From Candidatus Gastranaerophilales bacterium (GTDB lineage Bacteria; Cyanobacteriota; Vampirovibrionia; Gastranaerophilales; Gastranaerophilaceae), in NCBI GenBank assembly GCA_947587615.1, contig CANPYC010000005.1, positions 12,853-76,852 on the forward strand: 64,000 bases of DNA, given 5' to 3'. Below, piece after piece: positions 18,278-26,751 of this stretch. The stretch's first letter is position 1. Every line of letters begins with the position of its first letter. Below the pieces are notes generated by a model. It was not told where the DNA came from, searched no databases, and saw only the letters and a program-made list of their open reading frames with translations. A program made the position numbers and the translations under genes.

Positions 18278-18838
18278 ATGGACTCAAAAAAAGTAGAAGT
18301 AAGTGCAGAGTTAATGGCGGAAATTTTCAAAATCGCAGGTGAAACAATGACTGAACCTGTTTCAGATGAGGCGTTATTAAATGTTGTATTTAAATTAAGA
18401 GCGTTAAACAACCCTCCCGAAGAACCCCCCGTAGAATATGAAGAAACACCTGTTTCAAATAATATTCTTGTAATTGACGATATAGGGGTTGTAACTTATC
18501 AGCTAAAAATTCTTTTATCAAATTTAGGATATAATGTCCAGGTTGAAAAAGATATATTTAGCGGTTTGAATACTTTTATTAAAACAAATTATGCTTTTGT
18601 TATTATGGATTTATTTGTTTCAACCGAACAGGAAGGTTATACTCTTTTAAATGAAACAAAAAAAATAATAACAAAGAACAATCTTGCAACAAAAATTATT
18701 GTTATAACCGCTTCCGTAAAAGCGGAAAATAAAGTAAAATGTTTAAACGGCGGTGCAGATTTATTCCTGAAAAAAGACGCAGGCTGGCAGGATAAACTCG
18801 TAGAGATGATTGAGAATACTCATCCTTTAACTTTATAA
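18278..18838 (+). CDS. single-domain response regulator (CheY-like receiver) with a ~60-aa N-terminal extension
   Basis: Receiver motifs are present: ILVIDD, phospho-acceptor IMDLF, VITAS and FLKKD. Confidence 0.8.
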   Translation: MDSKKVEVSAELMAEIFKIAGETMTEPVSDEALLNVVFKLRALNNPPEEPPVEYEETPVSNNILVIDDIGVVTYQLKILLSNLGYNVQVEKDIFSGLNTFIKTNYAFVIMDLFVSTEQEGYTLLNETKKIITKNNLATKIIVITASVKAENKVKCLNGGADLFLKKDAGWQDKLVEMIENTHPLTL

Positions 18839-18866
18839 TATTGTTAAGAAATTTTTACAAACTTTT

Positions 18867-18905
18867 AAAATAATTATATTCAAATTGAATATAATTATTT
18901 TTTAA
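18867..18905 (+). terminator. 17-bp perfect, almost all-AT palindrome followed by a T-run (putative terminator)
   Basis: AAAATAATTATATTCAA-a-TTGAATATAATTATTTT followed by TT. Confidence 0.5.
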
Positions 18906-18921
18906 TAATATAATATGAGAT

Positions 18922-19434
18922 ATGATAAACAACACCGAAGTTAATAAAAAAATAGCACTATACCCCGGAAGCTTTGATCCTATTACAAACGGGCACTTGG
19001 ACGTCTTAGAGCGTGCAAGCAGGATGTTTGACAGCGTTGTAATAGCCGTCTTAAACCATCCTCTTAAAAAACCTTTTTTGGATGTTCAAACAAGGGTTGA
19101 GTTAATCAAAGGCGCTGTTTGTAATATGAAAAATGTTTCAGTAGATAGCTTTAGCGGGTTAACTGTTGAATATGCAAGACAAATTGGGGCAAAATTTTTA
19201 ATTCGAGGACTTAGAACAATAACAGACTTTGAATACGAAGTTCAGCTTTGCCAGACAAATCAAGTAATTGCTCCTGAAATTGATACGGTGTTTTTATCAA
19301 CAAGACCGGAACATAATTTTATTTCCTCAAGCATTGTGAAAGAACTGTCTAATCATAAAACTGATATTTCTAAATTCGTTCCAAAAAATGTGGTAAAATA
19401 TTTACAAGATGACATAGGAAAGGTTATAAATTAA
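18922..19434 (+). CDS. coaD: phosphopantetheine adenylyltransferase
   Basis: ALYPGSFDPITNGHLDV motif in a 170-aa ORF. Confidence 0.95.
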   Translation: MINNTEVNKKIALYPGSFDPITNGHLDVLERASRMFDSVVIAVLNHPLKKPFLDVQTRVELIKGAVCNMKNVSVDSFSGLTVEYARQIGAKFLIRGLRTITDFEYEVQLCQTNQVIAPEIDTVFLSTRPEHNFISSSIVKELSNHKTDISKFVPKNVVKYLQDDIGKVIN

Positions 19435-19435
19435 A

Positions 19436-19996
19436 ATGGCGGAATCAGTAAATAAAATGTTTGATTTAATTGATGATTTGAACGCTTTATGCGATGACGG
19501 TATTCCTGTTTTTCCGGGACACATGGTCATCAAAACAAAAGAACTGTATAAAATTGTCAACGCATTTCCAAATGCAATTTCTGACGAAATTAATGATGCA
19601 AGAATAATATTAAAGAAAAAAGATGAAATTTTACAAGAAGCAAAACTTAGAGCAGAACGAATTATTCAAGACGCTGAAAATGAAAGATATAAACTTTTAA
19701 ATGAATCAAGTTTAAATAAAGCAATGGAAGAACATGCCGAAAAATTCAGACAGACGATTTTTGAAGAATGCCAGCAAATTAAAATGGCAGCGTTTAACGA
19801 AGCTCAGGAACTTAGAATAAATGCTAAAAATGAATCAATAAAAATGAAAGAGTCCTCTCAAGAATACGCTCAACAACTTTTAAATAATCTTGAACAAAAC
19901 TTAAACAAACTTTATCAAGAAGTTATGAACGGTCAACAAAGACTTCAGGAAATGAGGTCAAATGATACAATGCAGCAAATGAAAAGCGAGCAATAA
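19436..19996 (+). CDS. coiled-coil protein of unknown function
   Basis: 186-aa ORF separated from coaD by a 1-nt gap. Heptad-rich Glu/Lys/Gln sequence. Confidence 0.6.
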   Translation: MAESVNKMFDLIDDLNALCDDGIPVFPGHMVIKTKELYKIVNAFPNAISDEINDARIILKKKDEILQEAKLRAERIIQDAENERYKLLNESSLNKAMEEHAEKFRQTIFEECQQIKMAAFNEAQELRINAKNESIKMKESSQEYAQQLLNNLEQNLNKLYQEVMNGQQRLQEMRSNDTMQQMKSEQ

Positions 19997-20024
19997 AAAA
20001 ATTCATCTTGTAAATAAATTACCG

Positions 20025-20060
20025 AAAATAAATTGTCAATTAGTGACAATTTATTTTTTT
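20025..20060 (+). terminator. intrinsic terminator
   Basis: AAAATAAATTGTCA-attag-TGACAATTTATTTT followed by TTT. Confidence 0.75.
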
Positions 20061-20096
20061 ATCTGTTTTGTATGTAGTAGCGAAGATGGTTAAATT

Positions 20097-22898
20097 ATGA
20101 AGATAAATTTTTCAACTTTAAATATAAACAATATTAAAAATACAAAAAACAATTTAAAAACTTATAGCTATTCAGTTAATCCGTTTGTACAACACAAAAA
20201 AGATAGCTTTGAAAAAACTATTCCCTTTAAAGGTGATAGTTTTGAATTGGATGAAGATATGCAAAAAGTATACTCGTCTTTAGATGAAAAGGATAGAAAA
20301 GACGTTACAATAGGCATATTTTTAAATTTAATGATGTACACAAAAAATAAATTACCGTCAATTTTTAGCTCATACAAAAATATTGTAAATGAAACAATTG
20401 CAACTCAAGCAGCCATCCAAGGCGGCGATTGTCTTAAATATCTTCTGCCCTTTTTTGAAGAAAATGACATCAAAACAAATGAACAATTAACTAATCTGGT
20501 AAAATTTTTTGAAAAACTAATCAAGGTTTACCCCGACGCTTTAGACTCTCCAACAGCCTTTATGGATGTTAAATCAAAAATAGATAACGAGGAAGATTTA
20601 CTTTGTTTCCCGCAAATAGCTCTTGCTTATCAAAATTTATCCGATGAAGGTTATTTGGATGATAATATCATTGATATTAACAAAACAATTTTAACGCTGA
20701 AAAAAATAGGTGTAAAAAACGAAGCAAATTTTCAGAAAAACTTTTCTTATCTTAAGGAAAGATACGGCAATTTTGAATATCAGGAAGATTTGCTTTTTGC
20801 AATGCACTATTTAGCTTACAGTTACACTGATAAAGAAAAAACACTGCAAGCTATTATTGACGAAAATCCCGAATTAAAAGGAATAAAGCCCGAACAATTA
20901 TATACAAACAATAGCGAGATAATAAATTATCTTTCTTCAAAGTCGGACTTGCTTTGGCCTGTTGTATTTGAACAACTTGCACTATTAAACCCCGGGCAGG
21001 AAAAAATAACTCCAAAATCTCAACAGGTTGTTGACAGGCTTATGGATACAAGTACTCCGAGCGCTAAGCTTGATTTTTTAGTATTCTTAGCCGAACAGGA
21101 TTTAGATATAAGCAAGCTTAACAGATTAACTTCTTTATCGGATGTTACCGATATCAAACATGAAGATTTAATAATAAATAAAAACGCAATAACTGAATAT
21201 GTAAAAGAAGCTAAAGAAATTGACGACAAAAAGGCTGATGATTTTTATTTTAAATTTGCGCAAGTGCTAAATTCCGTTTACGAAAACGAAGATAGTTCAT
21301 ATTTAACCGACGGAACAAGCGAACTTATTAAAATTATTGACGATTTTAACCTCAAAAACGACAGAGATTTTATAAGACTCTATAATGATTTATCTCAAGC
21401 AAATTCACAAAAAAATCAACAGAAGGGTAAAAAAACTCAAAATAAACCCCAAAAACCAAAACAAACAGATATAAGAAATTTTGTCGAATTATTGAGTTTT
21501 AGAGATAAGTCTTTGTTGGAAAAATACCAAAAAAATATAAAAAGTAATAAGCAAATGTTTATTACAACTCTGCAAAAAAGAAAAAAAGAATTTGAACTTA
21601 ATAAACAACAGATTGAAAATTCTTTAAACAATTCCGATTTGGTTGATTTCTCAACTCAAAGTGCTTTTGATGTTTATAAAAAATATATCGGATATTCACT
21701 CAATCATAATATTTCGCTTTCACTGTTTCTTAACAGCTTTGATTACAGCGACTTAAAAGATAGCGGGGAATACAAGAAAATTCTGGATAAATTTAACAGT
21801 TTCAGAAGTCTTTTAGCTAATGATGAACAAATCAGAAATTTTATATCAAAAAACGAAATCAAGCTTGATAATTCAAAAGAAAATGAAACCTATTACAATC
21901 ACTGTATTCAAATAATCAGAGCATTAGGCGCAAATCAAAACGAAAAATACAGAAAATTTTATCAAAAAAAGCTTTTAGAAAATGATTTTATTAAAAATTC
22001 AAAAACAAGCCTTGCTTCAATTCTGAATCATAAGTCAGAAAAAGAAATCAGAACGCTTTTTGAAACAATTTTAGCAAAAGACATTAATACAATTCAGGAA
22101 CTAAACGCAATTGTTAATGTTTGCAAAACTAAAAATAAAAACAGCATAATTGAACATTTTCAATCTCAAACAAATATTGATAAATATGAATACCCCAAAA
22201 GAATGCAATTTGTTAAAGAGGCTCTAAAAACCTTAGGTGCTGCAATTGTAATTGATGATAGCAATATTGGCGCAATCAATCTTGAAAATTTCCCTCTTGA
22301 TAAGAAGGTATTGCAAAAAAATCTGATTGAGCTTGCAAACGACCTTGCAAAAGCTAAAGGACAGGGTAATTTTATAGCAAATTTAGAATCCGCAAAACAA
22401 ACAAACGCAAATGCAAAAATAAGCCCTTACAAGATTGCAACGGAAATTACAAACACATTAGCAAAAGATATAACACCGAACTATAATATAATGAGAGAAT
22501 TAAGGCTTCCTCCCGCACCTGATTCAAGCAGTGTATCTCAAAATATATACAGAAATGTCCTTGCTAATTCATTCCCTCAAGAATTTATCAATCTTGTTTG
22601 CGATAATGAATTTGAAATTTTTGACAATGGGGAAAAATTTAGCCCAAATATAACAATCCATGCTAAATTAAGAGCAATTGAAAGATTTGTTTTAAATAAT
22701 ACAGGCTCTTTTAAAAAACTATACACCTCTCAAGCAAAAGACGACTTAACAAAGCTGTTTAAAACAATTTATACATCAACACCTTTGAATATAACAAAAT
22801 CAAAAGATGACAGATTTGTTGCAACTTTTATGTATAACTCTACACCCATAAAAGCGGTATTTGCAAATAACGGTATGCTTATAACCGTTTCTCGTTAG
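20097..22898 (+). CDS. large hydrophilic orphan protein (933 aa) with an MKIN leader and a C-terminal DUF4258/RelE-like module
   Basis: Long uninterrupted ORF with no TM segment or signal peptide. The C-terminal 84 aa (nt 22644-22895) carry HAKLRAIER ... GMLITV. Confidence 0.7.
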   Translation: MKINFSTLNINNIKNTKNNLKTYSYSVNPFVQHKKDSFEKTIPFKGDSFELDEDMQKVYSSLDEKDRKDVTIGIFLNLMMYTKNKLPSIFSSYKNIVNETIATQAAIQGGDCLKYLLPFFEENDIKTNEQLTNLVKFFEKLIKVYPDALDSPTAFMDVKSKIDNEEDLLCFPQIALAYQNLSDEGYLDDNIIDINKTILTLKKIGVKNEANFQKNFSYLKERYGNFEYQEDLLFAMHYLAYSYTDKEKTLQAIIDENPELKGIKPEQLYTNNSEIINYLSSKSDLLWPVVFEQLALLNPGQEKITPKSQQVVDRLMDTSTPSAKLDFLVFLAEQDLDISKLNRLTSLSDVTDIKHEDLIINKNAITEYVKEAKEIDDKKADDFYFKFAQVLNSVYENEDSSYLTDGTSELIKIIDDFNLKNDRDFIRLYNDLSQANSQKNQQKGKKTQNKPQKPKQTDIRNFVELLSFRDKSLLEKYQKNIKSNKQMFITTLQKRKKEFELNKQQIENSLNNSDLVDFSTQSAFDVYKKYIGYSLNHNISLSLFLNSFDYSDLKDSGEYKKILDKFNSFRSLLANDEQIRNFISKNEIKLDNSKENETYYNHCIQIIRALGANQNEKYRKFYQKKLLENDFIKNSKTSLASILNHKSEKEIRTLFETILAKDINTIQELNAIVNVCKTKNKNSIIEHFQSQTNIDKYEYPKRMQFVKEALKTLGAAIVIDDSNIGAINLENFPLDKKVLQKNLIELANDLAKAKGQGNFIANLESAKQTNANAKISPYKIATEITNTLAKDITPNYNIMRELRLPPAPDSSSVSQNIYRNVLANSFPQEFINLVCDNEFEIFDNGEKFSPNITIHAKLRAIERFVLNNTGSFKKLYTSQAKDDLTKLFKTIYTSTPLNITKSKDDRFVATFMYNSTPIKAVFANNGMLITVSR

Positions 22899-22907
22899 TT
22901 GTAAAAT

Positions 22908-23060
22908 TTAAGAGCTTATTTCAGGATGATTAGAGTTTGACAATACAATCTCGTAGTATTCGTTTTTGTCAAAGTTTATTCCCCATTTTTTAGAATTTAA
23001 AGATTTATATTTGGGTTTTTTCTTCTTTTTTGGTTTAATTTTATTCTCTTTTTCTTCCAT
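22908..23060 (-). CDS. possible 50-aa Lys-rich ORF translationally coupled to the upstream gene
   Basis: The ATG begins 2 nt after the stop of the 23063-25186 gene (MEEKENKIKPKKKKKPKYK...). It is below the ORF-track cutoff and the composition could arise by chance. Confidence 0.25.
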   Translation of the reverse strand: MEEKENKIKPKKKKKPKYKSLNSKKWGINFDKNEYYEIVLSNSNHPEISS

Positions 23061-23062
23061 TT

Positions 23063-25186
23063 TTACATTACTACTTCAAGCCGCATAGAGTTTTTTGTAA
23101 CCTTAACAAGCATTTTTGTACTATCAACTTTTACAATAAAACTTGCATTATCGCCCGTTTTCTCCGAAAGCCTGTATTTAATTTCATAGTTGTTGAGTTT
23201 TTGTTGATTAAAGTTATAAAGAGCAAATACATCATCAAACAAATAGCCCATAAGGTTTACATTGCCGTTATATAATATACACATAAAGCCTCTTTCGGGC
23301 GCAATTTCAACTTTTGAGAGCATGGTTGGTTCGTTTGTTTTTTTCTTTTCTTCTTCTTTTTGAACTTTTGAAGCAAGATTTGTTGTTTGAGCGGCTGTAT
23401 TAGAATTAACTTTAGGTTGTTTTTGCGTATCCATCATTTTAACGGCTTTTTTTGCATTTTCATTATCATACTGTCTTGCAACATTTTCCAATTCCTTTGG
23501 TGCAACGTTTGAAAATGTTTCTTCTTTAATTATCCGCCTGATTATATCATATTCATGTTCATTTTGTGATTTTTGGAATTTGGAATACTTATCCTGATAA
23601 GGTTCAACCTTTGAATTTTTATTGTTATTATTCACACAACGCTCTTGTAAATCAAACTTTTTAACAATATCAGGGTTTGCAGGGGAACAAAAACCCATTT
23701 GATTAACATATTCGTCAAATTTAAAATATTCTCCTGCGGGTTTTGGCGCCTGCTGTTGCTGCGAAGTCTGCTCAACCGTTTCCATAATTGAAGGAGCGGG
23801 CTTTTCTTGCGTTTTTTCAATTTTCTTAACGGGTCTTATGGGTTCATATTTTTTTACTTTTCTTTCTTCAAATAAATCTTTTTTTCGCTTCAGTTTAATA
23901 TCATTTGAATTTTTGTTTTTACGACTGTTGCGTACTGCTAAAGAAAGAATTGCAATAATTCCAAATATAAGAGCAAAAACAATCAAAGCTAAATGCCACG
24001 GTTCAAGATTGTATTGCATAGCCTTATATTTCAATCTTTCAGCCATTTTATCAAGCTTTAGTTTGATATCAGGTTCAAAAGCACCTTTTGGAAGTTTTAC
24101 CGATTCAAAAATTCCCGAATCTTCAATCATAACTTCGCTATAATCTTTTGCTGCCTGCTGTGTTATATCATCAGAAGTATCAATTTCTTCAACTTCCCCC
24201 AGCTCCGCATCATCGCTACCTTCAAAAAACTCGGGTGTTAATGCTTCTTGTTTGCTGTTTGATTTTTCTTTTTTTGTTTTTTCGGCGTCTTGTTGAATTA
24301 AATCTTCAATTTTTGCAGCTTTTTGAACCAAAACAATAGTTTTAGGCGAGTTTTTTTGCTCTAAAGATTTATTGAAACTGTCTTTTGTTGTTTTTATTTG
24401 AGAGGGCGGTTCTTTTGATATCTTTGTTTCAGAACTTTTTAGGGCATTTTCTTTTTTTTGCGGTATTGAAATTTGTTTTGTCGGCTCTTTTAAAGCTGTT
24501 TTTTTAGGTGTTGCTTTTTGCGCTACCTCTTTTTGCAGCGTTTCTTTTTGAGGCGCTTGCTTTTTTATATTCTTTTTTGTGTTTTCTTCAAGAGGAGTAT
24601 TTGTCTGCTTTTTAGCTTCAACAAAGGTATTTTGTTTTTTTACTTCACCTTTTACACTTTGAGTTGTTTGCTGATATTGTGTTTTAGGATTTTGAATTTG
24701 ATTGTTTAAATTTTTTTTTTGAGCTTCTTGTTTTGAAGCATTTAGAGGCTGACTATTTAAAGCCATGGCATTATCTTGATTTTGTTGAGATTTTGTTTGA
24801 GTGGAATTTTTAATATTTATATCAAAAGTTATTGGTTTAGAAGTGTTAATATTAATTTTTGTATAACCGTTATTTACGTCCTGTCCTGCGTAGGGATAAG
24901 CTGCCGTTGTAATGTTTCTTATGTCGGGAGTGGTTAAAATTGTTTTAGAGGCAGCGTTTTTTGTTTCGGGCAAGAGTATATAATAATTTAAATCACTCTT
25001 TTTAATAACCCTTACAGGTTCAGAGTATCTGTTTTGGGTGTATAGATTTATTGTATAATAATCACCGTCAACCTTTGTCAGCTCAATTTTATTCAGAGAA
25101 TTTTTATATTCCGAATCAATTGCATAAACTGCATTTGTAAATAATGCGGTTAAAATTATGAACGTTTTTGCTATATGTTTAAGCAC
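23063..25186 (-). CDS. membrane protein: signal peptide, AMIN-like N-domain, long Lys/Gln/Thr-rich linker, one TM helix, C-terminal globular domain
   Basis: 707-aa ORF. The signal-like N-terminus ends NAVYA. The TM segment is LALIVFALIFGIIAILSLAV. The AMIN assignment is tentative. Confidence 0.6.
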   Translation of the reverse strand: MLKHIAKTFIILTALFTNAVYAIDSEYKNSLNKIELTKVDGDYYTINLYTQNRYSEPVRVIKKSDLNYYILLPETKNAASKTILTTPDIRNITTAAYPYAGQDVNNGYTKININTSKPITFDINIKNSTQTKSQQNQDNAMALNSQPLNASKQEAQKKNLNNQIQNPKTQYQQTTQSVKGEVKKQNTFVEAKKQTNTPLEENTKKNIKKQAPQKETLQKEVAQKATPKKTALKEPTKQISIPQKKENALKSSETKISKEPPSQIKTTKDSFNKSLEQKNSPKTIVLVQKAAKIEDLIQQDAEKTKKEKSNSKQEALTPEFFEGSDDAELGEVEEIDTSDDITQQAAKDYSEVMIEDSGIFESVKLPKGAFEPDIKLKLDKMAERLKYKAMQYNLEPWHLALIVFALIFGIIAILSLAVRNSRKNKNSNDIKLKRKKDLFEERKVKKYEPIRPVKKIEKTQEKPAPSIMETVEQTSQQQQAPKPAGEYFKFDEYVNQMGFCSPANPDIVKKFDLQERCVNNNNKNSKVEPYQDKYSKFQKSQNEHEYDIIRRIIKEETFSNVAPKELENVARQYDNENAKKAVKMMDTQKQPKVNSNTAAQTTNLASKVQKEEEKKKTNEPTMLSKVEIAPERGFMCILYNGNVNLMGYLFDDVFALYNFNQQKLNNYEIKYRLSEKTGDNASFIVKVDSTKMLVKVTKNSMRLEVVM

Positions 25187-25293
25187 TTTTTACTATCCTC
25201 TTTTTGTTTGTTCATATTTAATTTATAATTAATACATATTATAATATAAATATCCTTAAGTGTAAAAAAAATTGTAAAAAATTGGCTAATAAG

Positions 25294-26214
25294 ATGAAAA
25301 ATAATGACAAAGAAATTTTATCACAAAATAATAAATCAGGTATTGTTACAATTGTTGCCCGTCCTAACGTCGGTAAATCAACCCTTTTGAATAAAATTTT
25401 AGGACAAAAGGTCGCAATAGCAACCCCTTTAAAACAAACAACAAGAAAAAATTTAAAAGGAATTTATACCGATTCTAACTCTCAAATTATTTTGGTTGAT
25501 ACCCCGGGGGTTCATAAACCGACAAACGAGCTTGGTAAATATCTTTCAAGCCAATCAAAAGAAGCTCTTTGCGGTTGTGATTTAATTCTTTTTATGGTTG
25601 ACGGATCTATTCCTTGCGGCTTAGGGGATAAATGGATTTGGGAAAATTATCTTAAAGATATTGACACTCCCGTTTTACTTGTTGTAAATAAAGTTGATTT
25701 AATTAAAGACCTTGAAAAAAGAGAGCTTAACATATACAGCTATAAAAAAATCATTGAAAAAAATATTGATTCAATTAAAATTAGCGCAAAAACAGGAAGA
25801 AATATTGATGATTTAATTAAAAAAATTAAAGAGTATCTCCCTTTTGGTAAAAATTTTTACGATGAAGATATTGTTGTTGATTCTAACATGAGAGAGATTG
25901 CTTGCGAAATTATAAGAGAAAAAATTATTCTGAATACCAAAGATGAAGTTCCGCATAGCGTTGCGGTTATGATTGATAATTACAAAGAAGAAGAAAATAT
26001 TGATAAAATTTGCGCAAAAATCATTGTCAATTCCGAAAGCCAAAAAGGTATTATCATAGGTTCAAAAGGCTCAATGCTTAAAAAAATCGGAACAAGCGCA
26101 CGTCTTGAGCTTGAAAAAATGGTTGAGAAAAAAGTTTACTTGGAATTATTTGTAAAAGTTGAAAAAAATTGGCTTAAAGATAAGAATATGATTAAAAGTC
26201 TCGGCTTTGAATAA
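25294..26214 (+). CDS. era: GTPase Era
   Basis: G1 motif ARPNVGKST, G3 DTPG, G4 NKVD and a C-terminal KH domain. The start is either the ATG at 25294 or the TTG at 25282. Confidence 0.9.
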   Translation: MKNNDKEILSQNNKSGIVTIVARPNVGKSTLLNKILGQKVAIATPLKQTTRKNLKGIYTDSNSQIILVDTPGVHKPTNELGKYLSSQSKEALCGCDLILFMVDGSIPCGLGDKWIWENYLKDIDTPVLLVVNKVDLIKDLEKRELNIYSYKKIIEKNIDSIKISAKTGRNIDDLIKKIKEYLPFGKNFYDEDIVVDSNMREIACEIIREKIILNTKDEVPHSVAVMIDNYKEEENIDKICAKIIVNSESQKGIIIGSKGSMLKKIGTSARLELEKMVEKKVYLELFVKVEKNWLKDKNMIKSLGFE

Positions 26215-26243
26215 AAAGAAAATAATAAAAATAATAAAACATT

Positions 26244-26278
26244 AAAACCCCTTGAATTAATGACTTTCAAGGAGTTTT
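26244..26278. terminator. bidirectional intrinsic terminator between era and rpsT
   Basis: AAAAC-C-CCTTGAA...TTCAAGG-A-GTTTT, flanked by an A-run and a T-run. Confidence 0.65.
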
Positions 26279-26305
26279 AATTAAACAGTTTAATCAAGTT
26301 TGAAC

Positions 26306-26575
26306 TTATTTTTGAGTTAGTTTATTAACCGCTTTAGTTAATCTTGATTTTTTTCTTGCAGCGGTATTTTTATGTAAAATACCTTTGCTTACTGCTTTGT
26401 CGCACAATTGATATGCTTTTGATAATAGAGCATTTAATTCTGATTTATCTTCAGAGTTTGCAACTGTTAAAACTTTTTTAACAGCGGTTTTAATTGATGT
26501 TTTAAATGCAACATTACGTTCAGCATTTCTTTGAGCAATAAGCACTCTTTTTTTAGCGGATTTAATATTTGCCAT
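26306..26575 (-). CDS. rpsT: 30S ribosomal protein S20
   Basis: MANIKSAKKRVLIAQRN is a typical S20 N-terminus. I prefer this internal ATG to the upstream one at 26590. Confidence 0.9.
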   Translation of the reverse strand: MANIKSAKKRVLIAQRNAERNVAFKTSIKTAVKKVLTVANSEDKSELNALLSKAYQLCDKAVSKGILHKNTAARKKSRLTKAVNKLTQK

Positions 26576-26713
26576 TTTCTTTCCTTTCACAAAAATAACT
26601 TATGTATCTTTGGAGGTTTGAGTGAGTACTTATATAATACGCAAAAATAATTTTTTTTGCAAATAATACCAACGATACAAATCAAAATGTAAATATTACA
26701 AATAACCTGTTTA

Positions 26714-26722
26714 TGATATAAT
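26714..26722 (+). promoter_or_regulatory. extended -10 element (TGaTATAAT) upstream of metG
   Basis: Perfect TGnTATAAT match about 30 nt upstream of the metG ATG. Confidence 0.45.
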
Positions 26723-26751
26723 TTCTTAAGAAGATATTGGGAATAATAAAA

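Noticed and set aside
25270-25290. A shared ~20-nt motif ATTGTAAAAAATT(G/A)GC(T/C)AAT upstream of era (25270-25290) and of the FtsH-like gene (46248-46270). The last 10 nt are reverse complements of each other.
   Set aside because: TTGTAAAA/TTGCAAAA strings recur in many upstream regions here (e.g. 3801, 18851 rc, 40891 rc, 50581 rc). They look like generic -35-like/A-tract promoter sequence. With only two copies in AT-rich DNA I cannot exclude chance.
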